Assembly (NCBI GenBank): GCA_965206645.1
Contig: CBDBKE010000004.1
Coordinates: 1,312,001-1,376,000, forward strand
Origin: Terriglobia bacterium
GTDB taxonomy: Bacteria > Acidobacteriota > Terriglobia > JAJPHL01 > JAPKYU01
Direction: 5' to 3'
DNA length: 64,000 nucleotides
The notes under the pieces were generated by a model. The model ran no database searches, was not told the origin of the DNA, and saw only the letters and a list, made by a program, of their open reading frames with translations. Below are positions 20,508-30,251 of the stretch, in pieces (within the stretch, counting starts at the first letter, position 1; every line of letters starts with the position of its first letter). A program made the position numbers and the translations under genes.

Positions 20508-21184
20508 ATGCTCCAACGCTTCACCGGGCTTCTGGGATTGCTGGCTATCCTGGAAATCGCCTACGCCCTGTCCAGCAACCGGAAGGCCATCCAGTGGCGG
20601 GTAGTGGTTTGGGAGGGGAGCCTGCAGTTTGCCTTTGCGCTGCTGGTCCTGCAGACCACCGTCGGGCGAACGACCTTTGGCTGGCTGGGCGAGCGAATCA
20701 AGAAGCTGCTCTCCTTCGGCCAATACAATTCTTCCTTCGTCTTCGGCGAGTTGGGAACCCCGGGGAACACGGTGGCCAGCTTCGCCTTTCAGGTGCTTCC
20801 CACCATCATCTTTGCCAGCAGCTTAGCCTGCAGTGGATTTTTGGGAACCTGGCCGCGCCGCTGGCCTGGCTCATGGGCGTGCCCTGGAAGGACTGTCCGC
20901 AGGTAGGAAGCCTTCTGAGGACTCGGGTAGTGCTCAACGAGCTGATTGCCTACTCGCAGTTGAGCGCGTTGAAGGAGAGCCTGGATCCGCGCTCGGTTGT
21001 CATCGCCACCTACGCGCTAGGCGGCTTCGCCAATTTTGGCTCCATCGGCGTCCAGATTGGCGGCATCGGCTCGCTCGCCCCCACACGCCGTCACGATCTG
21101 GCTCGCCTGGGGCTGCGAGCGGTGCTGGCTGGCTCACTGGCTAATTTCATGTCGGCCACCATCGCCGGAATGCTGCTGGCTTGA
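20508..21184 (+). pseudogene. nupC: NupC/CNT nucleoside transporter with a large internal deletion and frameshift
   Basis: N-terminus (LSSNRKAI, FAFQVLPTIIF) joins out of frame near 20822 to the C-terminal part (PLAWLMGVPW, LNELIAY, GFANFGSIGVQIGG); about 225 codons against about 400 typical. Confidence 0.85.
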
Positions 21185-21293
21185 GTGCTTCCTTGGACGA
21201 GTTGGCCCGGGTCTCGCAGGCGACAGCCCAACTGGCCGTCAGGAAAGCGAACCCGCAAGTCCATGACTTCATGATTTAGGCCCGACAACTCCC

Positions 21294-21671
21294 ATGGCCA
21301 CCGAACAGGAATTGACGGCGGCTGCCTGGGCCGCCCGAGAGAACGCCGTTGCCGATTTCTCCCGTTTCCGCGTTGGGGCAGCGCTCGAAACAACAGAGAG
21401 AAAAATCTTCAACGGCTGCAACATCGAGAACGCCACCTACGGCCTGACGGTGTGCGCCGAGCGGGTGGCCTTGTGGAAGGCGCTATCGGAGGGACATCGC
21501 TCCTTCCGCCGCCTGGTGGTAGCCGCCGATACGGACCATCCGACGCCGCCCTGCGGCGACATTCCCATTCTGCTAGTCAACCGCCGCGGGCAGCGCGAGA
21601 CGGTCCAACTGCGCGACCTGCTTCCCCGCCCCTTCGACCGCGCCTTTCGCAGCACACAGCCGGAAAGTTGA
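21294..21671 (+). pseudogene. cdd: Cytidine deaminase missing part of its Zn motif
   Basis: FRVGAAL, GCNIENATYGLTVCAER and LLPRPF present; PCGxCRQ is reduced to PPCG-DIP. Confidence 0.8.
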
Positions 21672-21682
21672 ACAGCGACTTG

Positions 21683-23026
21683 ATGAGCGCCCCAAACCGA
21701 TCCGCGATCTGGAAAGCTCCACTGGCATCGTTTCTGGTCTACCTGTTGCCGATCGTTACGGTCCACATCTTGATTCCCTGGGGGATGCTCCTGGCGATGG
21801 AAATATCCCGGGGCCGGGGGGACAGCGAAGCTCTCTGGGTGGCAGCGGATGTGGCCCTAGCCTTGGGGTTGCAGGCAGCCGCGGGGCTGCTATGGTTCTG
21901 GTATTTTCGCGCGCCGAGCTGGAAGCGCCTAGGCGCAGTATTCGCGACGGTCCCGTTGTTCTTCGCCGCACTGCAATGGCTCTACCTGATCGTCATCCCG
22001 ACCTGGTTTCTGGTGGAAGCAGACACAAAAGCGGGAAAAACGCCGTGGGTGCAGCAGTGTAGCGTTCCCGGACATTATCTTGCAGCCATCAAGACGCCAC
22101 CCGATCTGGCTTTGGCCAACGCGTCGGAGGCCTGGGTTGCGGAGGCAAAAAGCTCACGGCTGGGGATTCTGCGGATGCCGGAGTGCGAGGTCTTGCCCGT
22201 CAACCTGAAGTGGAGCAATGTGAATCCTCGGCTTGCCTCGGTCGCTCCGGGAGGCCGCGCTGTCTATGTCACCTACGAACGGCCTACGAATGCCGAGAGC
22301 TGGTGGTATGTCGGGGGACCGAATCACGAGCCCTTGCAACTAAAGAAGCCGGAGCGTACGGATCGCCAGCACCCCATTCTTTCCTCAGATGGGCAATGGG
22401 TCGGATGGCTCCAGCGCATCAGAGGCGATCCCGGTAGGTCGCAGATGTAGACCATTTTGCAGAATCCGCTCAGCGGCAAGGAGCTGGCGGTTGGGCTCCC
22501 TCGATACCCCTCCGGACGCTTTCGTCTCCTGAGCGCAGATCTGGAGGCGCCTTCCTTGTTCCTGGAATACGACTACGGGCAATTCCTGCGCGTTGGACTG
22601 GATGGAAGCGTTCTTGAGGAGCCCTGGAAGCCCGCGGGAGTGAAAGCTTCGGGAGAAAGCCTTCTGCGCCTCGCCGATGGCTGGGTGGCGTGGGACAGCT
22701 ACAAAGACCGTGGCAGCTACATGGTTTCCTGGTCAGTGGGGAAGGGCGTTGGGCAACACCGGGTCCTGAAAGGACGCAGGATCAGGTCACTGGCCACAGA
22801 TCGGGACGGCCGTTACGTGGCGGTGAGCGTGACGACCAGGCTTAATATCGGGAATATTCAGGACGCAGTTTACGTTCTGCAGACCTCGGACGGTTCCGCG
22901 GTGTTTCGGAAGTACTTGCCGAGGTACTCCCGAAGCCAGGTGGCGTTTTTCGGCTCGGAGTTCTTCGCCTACTCCGAGCCCTATCCCCGCCCCGGAGCGG
23001 TCCGTGTGCTGCGCCTCCCGCAATAA
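21683..23026 (+). pseudogene. Membrane-anchored protein (3-4 TM plus beta-rich domain) interrupted by an in-frame TAG
   Basis: ORFs ending 22450 and starting 22457 share one frame, separated only by TAG at 22448-22450. Confidence 0.6.
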
Positions 23027-23041
23027 GAGCCCCAGCTACCC

Positions 23042-23071
23042 CTGCCCCCCTCGGGGCATCGGGGAGGCAGC
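23042..23071. terminator. GC-rich hairpin between convergent genes
   Basis: ctgccccc...ggggaggcag inverted repeat. Confidence 0.4.
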
Positions 23072-23095
23072 TTTCGCGGTGCTCGAGACAGCCTG

Positions 23096-23431
23096 CTAAT
23101 GTGCCAAGCGGCTGGGCGGGTCTTCGGTGAATTCGCGGGAATTGCGGGTCAGGCGGAGGTGCTCCAGCAGGTCCTCGGGCGAGCGGAAGACCACCTGGCG
23201 GTCGCGGCTGTGTTCACGCGCCCGTTCCTCCAGGCTGTTGACCAGCTTGTAGAACTTCTTCAGCGCAAAGATATCGCCGACGCCTTCCAGGCGCACTCCT
23301 TGTTGGGTAAAAATCACGTCCACCGGGTAGGTGCAGGAGACAGCACCGGCGCCCGACTCGGAACACTCCAGGAAAATTCGCACTCCCGCGTTGTGGCCCG
23401 CGTTGTGGCGAAGATAGCCGATAAATCCCAT
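23096..23431 (-). CDS. Hypothetical protein
   Basis: SD AAAGGA, start 17 nt after the upstream stop; 111 aa; in-frame HNAG duplication. Confidence 0.6.
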   Translation of the reverse strand: MGFIGYLRHNAGHNAGVRIFLECSESGAGAVSCTYPVDVIFTQQGVRLEGVGDIFALKKFYKLVNSLEERAREHSRDRQVVFRSPEDLLEHLRLTRNSREFTEDPPSRLAH

Positions 23432-23448
23432 CGCTGCCGCTGTTCCTT

Positions 23449-24255
23449 TCAGCCGAAAAGCCTGGCCATCAGGGATTTCTTCTTCTCCGCGGGCGGCAGG
23501 TTCAGCGCGCCCAGCACGGTCTCAATCTCTGCCTCTGACGCCGGGGGCGACTTCCGTGAAAAATACACGACTTCCTGGAAGGTGCAGAAGCGGTCCACGC
23601 AAAAGAAACAGGCGGCGAGATGTTGGTGAGTCAGTTCGCGTTCCCGCCAGCTGATCTGGCCGTCTACAATGCGGTGAAACGCGAGGTAGGGGTAGCAGTC
23701 CTGGCTCTCCCGGCTCGAAACAGCTTCCACCAACACCGGCCGGGAGGAACTCAGGGAATCCTGGCTCCAGGAGTCCATGGCCGCGCGCAACCCCTCCTGG
23801 GTAGTCTGAATGATTTTGGCGGCGGTCTCCTCTTTCATGTTCAGGATCGGGGCCACCCTGTCCAACGAATAGCCCAGCATGAACAGCCAGACCACCTGGC
23901 GTTGCAGTCCACTGGACTCTTTTAGCGCCGCTTCCAGTACCTCCAGAGTGACCGGCGGAGCCGTGGGAGCGGGAAGTCCAGCCAGAACCCGTCCCCGTTC
24001 GAGCATGTATCGGCGGAAGTGCACCATGAATTCCCGCTCCGCCCGCCCAGTGAAGGAGCCGAAGAAGTGGCCGTCATCATCGAGCATTCCGGCAAAGACG
24101 CCCGGCAGCAGGCGCTCCGCGTCACCGGAAAGCTGGGGAAAATATTGAGGCAGAAAATGGCGCGCCAGCGGCAGGTAGGTGGTCACAAACTCCCGCCAAG
24201 CCCGCGGATCGCGGCGCCGGCAACCTTGAATCATGTCGTGGAAGGTATAGACCAT
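23449..24255 (-). CDS. ECF-sigma-like protein fused to a zinc anti-sigma (zf-HC2) motif
   Basis: Sigma2-like GCRRRDPRAWREFVTTY, sigma4-like QRQVVWLFMLGYSLDRVAPILNM, and C-x24-HLAACFFC. Confidence 0.65.
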   Translation of the reverse strand: MVYTFHDMIQGCRRRDPRAWREFVTTYLPLARHFLPQYFPQLSGDAERLLPGVFAGMLDDDGHFFGSFTGRAEREFMVHFRRYMLERGRVLAGLPAPTAPPVTLEVLEAALKESSGLQRQVVWLFMLGYSLDRVAPILNMKEETAAKIIQTTQEGLRAAMDSWSQDSLSSSRPVLVEAVSSRESQDCYPYLAFHRIVDGQISWRERELTHQHLAACFFCVDRFCTFQEVVYFSRKSPPASEAEIETVLGALNLPPAEKKKSLMARLFG

Positions 24256-24350
24256 GCCCCAGGGTTCATTTTATCCGCAGCGACCGAAACTTTTCCACCG
24301 AATGCGGGTATATTCCTTACAGGAGCAAGGACAGGCTCAGAGGAGGTTGA

Positions 24351-25128
24351 ATGTTGAGAGGACTGTTGCTAACACTGCTTTTTATGACATTCGTAATGCT
24401 GCCGGCTTCGGCGGAGGCTCTGGAACCCGATCCGGCTGGGGCCCCATTCGAGGCGGAACCGGCGCCGCCACCCTCGCCCCCCGGCGACGTTCAAGGTCCC
24501 GGCTCAAGGCGGCGGGCAGGACCATGCCGGCACGGTCGAGGGTCCCGCCACCACTTCGGCCCACAGCGCCGGTTTGGAGGCGACTTTAGTTTCGGGCCTG
24601 GGGGACACGGCGGTCCATCCAACTATAGCCGCGGGTTTAGTCCCGGGCAAGGGAGCTTCGTGAGTGGGCGTGGTTCCCACCCGGCAAGGATGTTGCTCAG
24701 TGAGAGGGCGCGTCGCCAACTAGGCTTGAGCGAAGAGCAGTCCAGCCGCCTCCGGCAGCCTCCGGCAGCTGGGTCTGGAGGCACGCAAGAGCGCTATCCG
24801 CCGGCGGGCTGACCTGGAAACAAAACAGCTTGAACTGGAAGAGTTGCTGGGCGCTGCCGAGCCCGACCGTGCGGCAATTGACCGCACCGTCCAGGAGATC
24901 GGCGCCTTGCACGCGGCGCGGATGAAGGCGGGTATTGACCAGCGCCTGAACTTCCAGGACGTGCTCACGCCGGAACAGCGAGACAAGCTGCGCGAGTTTC
25001 GCGAACAAGGTTTCCGTGGCCGGAGATCCGGCCGGGAGGCCGGGAAGTGGAAGCATGGTGACCGCCCCGGGAGGCCTCCGTGGGCACCTTCGGAGCCAGA
25101 TCCTCCGCCTTCCCCACCGGAGGAGTAA
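24351..25128 (+). pseudogene. Spy/CpxP family periplasmic protein, frameshifted
   Basis: Signal peptide, LGLSEEQ and VLTPEQR (LTxxQ motifs); a 10-bp tandem duplication at 24748-24767 shifts the frame. Confidence 0.82.
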
Positions 25129-25175
25129 CAGCGGCTGGCTTTAAGCGGGCAGGTCGCGCACTGGCGACCTGCCCA

Positions 25176-26357
25176 TTACTTTCCTCCGAGCAGGAGCTTG
25201 GCGATAGTCTGGAGCTGCATGTTGGAAGTGCCTTCGTAAATCTTGCCAATCTTGGAGTCCCGCCAGAGCTTTTCGACCGGGTAGTCCTTGGTAAAGCCGT
25301 AGCCCCCGAGAACTTCAATGGACAGCGAGCTGACCCGCTCGGCGACCTGCGAGGCAAAATACTTGGCCATCGCCGCCTCTTTCAGGAAGGGCTGGCCGGA
25401 GTCCTTCAAGCGTGCGGCGTTGTAAGTCATCACCCTCGCGGCCTCCACGTCCACGGCCATCTCGGCCAACTGGAATTGCACCGCCTGGAATTCGGCGATA
25501 GTGCGACCGAACTGCTTGCGTTCCTTCGCGTACTGCAGGGCATAGTCCAGCGCCCCCTGGGCCAACCCGGTCATCTGGGCGGCGATACCGATGCGGCCTT
25601 CGTTCAGGGTTTCGATGGCGATCTTGTACCCCCTGCCGACCTCGCCCAGCACGTTCTCTTTGGGCACGCGGCAATCCTCCAGCAGCAGCTCGCAGGTGGA
25701 GGAAGCGCGGATGCCGAGCTTGTCCTCCTTCTTGCCCACGCGGAAGCCGGGCGCGTCGTGCTCGATCAGGAAGGCGGTGACGCCGCGGTAGCCGGCCGAC
25801 GGATCGGCGTTAGCAAACAGCAAGAACAGGCCGGCTTCCTTGGCGTTGGTCGTCCACAGCTTCCGGCCGTTCAGCAGGAAGTGGTCGCCGCGGTCTTCAG
25901 CGCGGGTGGCCAGCGCAAAGGCATCGCTGCCGGAGCCAGCCTCCGACAGCGCGTAGGCGCCCACCGCTTCGGTCGCCAGCCGCGGCAAGAACCGCTGCTT
26001 CTGCTCCGGGCTTCCCCAGCGGAGCAAGGCGTTGTTCACCAGCGTGTTCTGCACGTCCACCACCACCGCCGCCGAAGGATCGGCTGCCGACAGCTCCTCG
26101 ATCGCCAAGATGCACTGGAAAAACGAGCCGCCGGCCCCGCCGTACTCTTCCGGCACCCCGATGCCCATCCAGCCGAGCTGGAAGAACTCCCGGATCAGAT
26201 CCATGCTGAACTGTCCCTGCTCATCCATCTCCTTGGCTAGCGGCCTTACCCGCTCCTGAGCAAACTGCCGCACGCTTGCCTGGAACATTTGCTCCTCCTC
26301 CGAGAGCGTGGTGAGCGCGGGAACCACCGACGGGAGATGAACTGTGGGTTCAGCCAT
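25176..26357 (-). CDS. Acyl-CoA dehydrogenase (short/branched-chain type)
   Basis: YALSEAGSGSDA, LNGRKLW, EDKLGIRASST, RKQFG, GGYGF, IYEGTSNMQ. Confidence 0.95.
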   Translation of the reverse strand: MAEPTVHLPSVVPALTTLSEEEQMFQASVRQFAQERVRPLAKEMDEQGQFSMDLIREFFQLGWMGIGVPEEYGGAGGSFFQCILAIEELSAADPSAAVVVDVQNTLVNNALLRWGSPEQKQRFLPRLATEAVGAYALSEAGSGSDAFALATRAEDRGDHFLLNGRKLWTTNAKEAGLFLLFANADPSAGYRGVTAFLIEHDAPGFRVGKKEDKLGIRASSTCELLLEDCRVPKENVLGEVGRGYKIAIETLNEGRIGIAAQMTGLAQGALDYALQYAKERKQFGRTIAEFQAVQFQLAEMAVDVEAARVMTYNAARLKDSGQPFLKEAAMAKYFASQVAERVSSLSIEVLGGYGFTKDYPVEKLWRDSKIGKIYEGTSNMQLQTIAKLLLGGK

Positions 26358-26453
26358 GCGGGCCTCCAGCAACTGGCGCTAATTCTAGCATGCTCGCCTG
26401 ACGGCCATCCGCCGTCCACCGCCGGAGTGCAGCCTCCGAACCGCTTACCGCCA

Positions 26454-26571
26454 GTAGCGCCGGCTCCTTGCCGGCAAGTTCCCAAAATCCCGAAGACGGA
26501 AGGAAGCTTTGCCGTCGAGACGGCGGCATGACCGAGCGAAAAGCAGGTTCCTCGCTCCGCTCGGAATGACA
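26454..26571. repeat. REP-like palindromic elements
   Basis: GTAG-tagged hairpin gtagcgccggctccttgccggc (26454-26475), inverted degenerate partner (26511-26532), and tgtcattccgagcggagcgaggaacctgct on the minus strand (26542-26571). Confidence 0.55.
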
Positions 26572-26589
26572 AACGCGTGGAGGCTGGGT

Positions 26590-27039
26590 TTACGACTGAG
26601 ACTTGGTGGGTTCGGGCTGGGGTTCGGCTTTCTTCTTCTTTTTCTTCTCGGGCTCGCGCTTTTTGACTTCGCTGCCGATCAGCTCCACCATGGCCAGCTC
26701 GGCCCCGTCGCCTTTGCGCCAGCCAAGGCGGGTCAAGCGGGTGTAGCCACCATTGCGGTCACCAAAGCGGGCCGCGATGGCGTCAAACAACTTCTTGACC
26801 GCTGCCGGGCCCTTCAGGAAGGCGGCCGCCTGGCGGCGCGCGTGAAGGATATCCTTAGGCTCGCCGCCTCGCTTCCCCAGCGTAATCATCCGCTCGGCGA
26901 ACGGCCTCAAGAACTTGGCCTTCTCTACCGTGGTGGTGATGCGCTCGTGAAGAATCAGCGAGGTCACCAGGTTGCGGAGGAGAGCGCGGCGATGCGCTGT
27001 ATGTCTCCCCAGTTTCCAACTGGCTCGGCGGTGTCTCAT
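26590..27039 (-). CDS. rplQ: 50S ribosomal protein L17
   Basis: MRHR...[18 protein letters not shown]. Confidence 0.98.
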   Translation of the reverse strand: MRHRRASWKLGRHTAHRRALLRNLVTSLILHERITTTVEKAKFLRPFAERMITLGKRGGEPKDILHARRQAAAFLKGPAAVKKLFDAIAARFGDRNGGYTRLTRLGWRKGDGAELAMVELIGSEVKKREPEKKKKKKAEPQPEPTKSQS

Positions 27040-27078
27040 TGCTCGTAGACTCGCGCGCGGTTCTTGGACTCGCGACTT

Positions 27079-28077
27079 TTAGATTTCTTGCCCCGGGGGC
27101 GGAGGGACCAACTGCCCCCGCTCATTGATGCGCATGCCCAGGCTGAGACCCATGGTGTGCAAGATCGCCTTGATTTCGTTCAACGACTTGCGCCCGAAGT
27201 TCTTGGTCTTGAGCATCTCCTGCTCACTCTTGATCACCAGTTCGCCGAGGGTCTGGATCTGCGCATTCTTCAGGCAGTTATAGGAGCGGACCGAAAGCTC
27301 CAGTTCCTCGACCGAGCGGTTCAGGTGCTCGTTGAGGCGCTCCACGCTGGTGTCCACTTCCGTCTCCACCGCTTCCGGGATCTCCTCGAAATTGATGAAG
27401 ATGGACATGTGGTCCTTCAGCAGCTTGGCGGCCAAACCGATGGAATCCTGCGGCAAGATCGCGCCGTTGGTCCAGACTTCCAGGACCAACTTGTCGTAAT
27501 CGGTCATCTGGCCCAGCCGGGCCGCTTCGACGGTGTAACTGACCTTGCGCACCGGAGAGTGCACGGAGTCGACCGGGATGAAGCCGACACCGAGGTCGTC
27601 GTCAAAGTTCTTGTCGGCGCTGCGGTAGCCACGACCCTGCTTCAGGCGCAGCTCGATCGAGAGATCGCCGCCCTCGCCGACGGTGGCCACATACAGCTCC
27701 TTGTCCAGCACTTCACAATCCGAACTGGTCTGGATGCCGCCGGAGGTCACCACCCCGGGGCTGCTGACGCGCAAGTGGGCGGTCTTAGGCCCTTCGCCGG
27801 CCATCTTGAAGGGGATTTGCTTCAAGTTGAGGATGATGTCTGTGGCATCCTCAACCACCCCGGGGATGGAGCTGAACTCGTGCAGTACGCCCTCAATCTT
27901 GATGGCGGTCACCGCCGCCCCCTCAATCGAGCTGAGCAGGACACGACGCAGGGCATTGCCCACAGTAGTGCCGAAGCCGCGCTCGAACGGCTGGGCGGTG
28001 AACATGCCGTACTTGTCGCTCAGGGTTTCCAGGCTAGAAGCCAGCCGTTTGGGCTTTTGAAAACCTCTCCACAGCAT
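27079..28077 (-). CDS. rpoA: RNA polymerase alpha subunit
   Basis: [46 protein letters not shown]; ATG at 28077. Confidence 0.98.
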   Translation of the reverse strand: MLWRGFQKPKRLASSLETLSDKYGMFTAQPFERGFGTTVGNALRRVLLSSIEGAAVTAIKIEGVLHEFSSIPGVVEDATDIILNLKQIPFKMAGEGPKTAHLRVSSPGVVTSGGIQTSSDCEVLDKELYVATVGEGGDLSIELRLKQGRGYRSADKNFDDDLGVGFIPVDSVHSPVRKVSYTVEAARLGQMTDYDKLVLEVWTNGAILPQDSIGLAAKLLKDHMSIFINFEEIPEAVETEVDTSVERLNEHLNRSVEELELSVRSYNCLKNAQIQTLGELVIKSEQEMLKTKNFGRKSLNEIKAILHTMGLSLGMRINERGQLVPPPPGQEI

Positions 28078-28198
28078 TTGTTCTTTTTCCTTCCCTAAAG
28101 CCACGCAACGGCTTTAAGCGAATATGCAAGTCTGTTCCTTGCCAGGACGGCGATTGCTGCCCCCAATTCGCAGGCGAGCCTTCCCTGGCCTCAGCCAG

Positions 28199-28831
28199 CT
28201 ATTTGGAATACAGCTCTACGATTAACTGTTCCTGCAAGGGCAGGGCGATGTCCTCCCGGCGCGGCAGCGAAACCACCCGGGCGCGAAAGTTCTCACGGTC
28301 GACTTCCAGCCAAGGCGGCGCCAGCTGGTGGGCGGTGAGTTCACGAGCCTCCAAGAGGTTCTTCAATTCGCGGTGCCCTTCCCGAACCTCCACCACATCC
28401 CCTGCTTTCACCAAGTAAGAAGGGATGTTCACCTTGCGGCTATTGACCTGGATGTGGCCGTGGAGGACCACCTGGCGGGCTTGCGCCCGCGAGCTGCCTA
28501 ATCCTATCCGGTGCACGACGTTGTCCAGCCGTCGCTCCAGTAACTGGAGCAGATTCTCGCCGGTTACGCCCTTCATGTCGGCGGCCTTGTCAAAATAGTT
28601 GCGGAACTGCCGCTCCAGGATTCCGTACATGCGGCGGACCTTCTGCTTTTCCCGCAACTGCAGGCCGTAGCCGACAATCTTCTTTGGCCGGCGACTCTTG
28701 CCGTGCGCTCCGGGGACGAAGTTGCGCCGCTCAATCTCGCATTTGTCGGTGTAGCACTTGGTGCCTTTCAGGAAAAGCTTCATCCCTTCTCGACGGCACA
28801 GCCGGCACATCGGTCCTCGTTGTCTGGCCAA
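28199..28831 (-). CDS. rpsD: 30S ribosomal protein S4 (Zn-binding form)
   Basis: [31 protein letters not shown]. Confidence 0.98.
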   Translation of the reverse strand: MARQRGPMCRLCRREGMKLFLKGTKCYTDKCEIERRNFVPGAHGKSRRPKKIVGYGLQLREKQKVRRMYGILERQFRNYFDKAADMKGVTGENLLQLLERRLDNVVHRIGLGSSRAQARQVVLHGHIQVNSRKVNIPSYLVKAGDVVEVREGHRELKNLLEARELTAHQLAPPWLEVDRENFRARVVSLPRREDIALPLQEQLIVELYSK

Positions 28832-28891
28832 CTTGCTTTACCTCCCTCCCTACACGGGCCCGTCTTCTCTCCCTGGCTTCCCCCGGCCCGC

Positions 28892-29299
28892 TCAGACGCG
28901 CCGACGCTTGGGCGGTCGGCAGCCGTTGTGCGGGATCGGGGTGACGTCCTTGATATGGTTCACATGCAACCCGGCGGTCGACAGGGCCCGGACGGCCGAC
29001 TCTCGCCCGGAGCCGGGTCCCTTGACGCGCACATCCACCGAGCGCATCCCCACGTCCTTGGCGCCAGAGGCCGCTCTGATTGCTGCCTGCTGCGCGGCAA
29101 ATGGCGTGCCCTTGCGCGACCCCCGGAAACCTAGCGCGCCGGCGCTGGACCAGGCCACTACGTTGCCGTCTTTGTCGGTGAAGGTGACCTTCGTGTTGTT
29201 GAAGGTGGCCTGGATGTGAACCACCCCCGTGGGAATCACCTTCTTCTCCCTCTTCTTGAACTGTTTCCTCTTGCGAGTCCCTGTTGGCGACTTTGCCAT
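28892..29299 (-). CDS. rpsK: 30S ribosomal protein S11
   Basis: [35 protein letters not shown]. Confidence 0.98.
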   Translation of the reverse strand: MAKSPTGTRKRKQFKKREKKVIPTGVVHIQATFNNTKVTFTDKDGNVVAWSSAGALGFRGSRKGTPFAAQQAAIRAASGAKDVGMRSVDVRVKGPGSGRESAVRALSTAGLHVNHIKDVTPIPHNGCRPPKRRRV

Positions 29300-29360
29300 G
29301 CTGATCGTGTCCTCTCACCGCACCGAGTGCGAATTGCACCGAGCGGATTTCCCTGCCCGC

Positions 29361-29747
29361 CTATGTCTTGGCCGTGGCCTTCTTCTTGGTGGCGATCGCG
29401 CCTCGGCGCGGCCCCTTCCGGGTCCGCGCGTTGGTATGGGTGCGCTGCCCGTGCACCGGAAGATTCCGACGGTGACGCTGCCCACGGTAAGCCCCGACCT
29501 CGATGAGGCGCCGGACGTTCATGGTGATTTCCTTGCGCAAATCGCCTTCCACCCCGCCTTCCTCCTCCAGGAGCTGGCGGATCCGGTTGATCTCTTCCTC
29601 ATTCAGATCGCCTACTTTCTTAGCCGGGTCCACTTCCGCGCGATGCACAACGGAAAGCGCCCTCGACAGGCCAATTCCGTAAATGTAGGTCAGCCCGTAC
29701 GGAACCCGCTTCCCTCGGGGCAGATCCACTCCCGCAATGCGCGCCAT
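29361..29747 (-). CDS. rpsM: 30S ribosomal protein S13
   Basis: [28 protein letters not shown]. Confidence 0.98.
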   Translation of the reverse strand: MARIAGVDLPRGKRVPYGLTYIYGIGLSRALSVVHRAEVDPAKKVGDLNEEEINRIRQLLEEEGGVEGDLRKEITMNVRRLIEVGAYRGQRHRRNLPVHGQRTHTNARTRKGPRRGAIATKKKATAKT

Positions 29748-29803
29748 ACCAACCTTCCTTCCTCGTGCAGCGCCTGGCTTGCCACAGCGCCTAGCGGCCA
29801 GCC

Positions 29804-29917
29804 TCAACCTTGCCGCTGCTTGTGTTTCGGATTCTCGCAGATCACCCGCACCACCCCATGGCGGCGAATAATCTTGCACTTGTCACACATCTTGCGTACC
29901 GAAGCGCGTACCTTCAT
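29804..29917 (-). CDS. rpmJ: 50S ribosomal protein L36
   Basis: Not in the ORF track; [37 protein letters not shown]. Confidence 0.97.
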   Translation of the reverse strand: MKVRASVRKMCDKCKIIRRHGVVRVICENPKHKQRQG

Positions 29918-30016
29918 GCTTCCTCACAAACGGAGATTTCATAGCGCCCTGAGGCGCGCGCGACGCTGTGGCTAGCTTTACTCAGCCCCCCGCGCCTCTA
30001 CATCTCCTTGCACCTT

Positions 30017-30238
30017 CTACATCCCTTTGCATACGATGCGCCCCCGGCCCGAATCCAGCGGCGACGGCTCCACCCGGACTCGGTCCCCCGGAAGCAGGCG
30101 AACAAAGTTTTTGCGCAACTTCCCGGCCACGTGACACAGCAGTTGTCTGTGGTCCTCAAGCGCGACGCGGAACAGCAGACGGGGCAGTTGCTCCACCACT
30201 GTGGCGGCCACCTCCTGCGCGAGTTTGGACCGACTCAT
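30017..30238 (-). CDS. infA: Translation initiation factor IF-1 (divergent)
   Basis: VVEQLP..FRV.LED, HVAGKLRKNFVRLLPGDRV, RGRIV; sits between map and rpmJ. Confidence 0.85.
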   Translation of the reverse strand: MSRSKLAQEVAATVVEQLPRLLFRVALEDHRQLLCHVAGKLRKNFVRLLPGDRVRVEPSPLDSGRGRIVCKGM

Positions 30239-30251
30239 GAAGCATTCCTCG

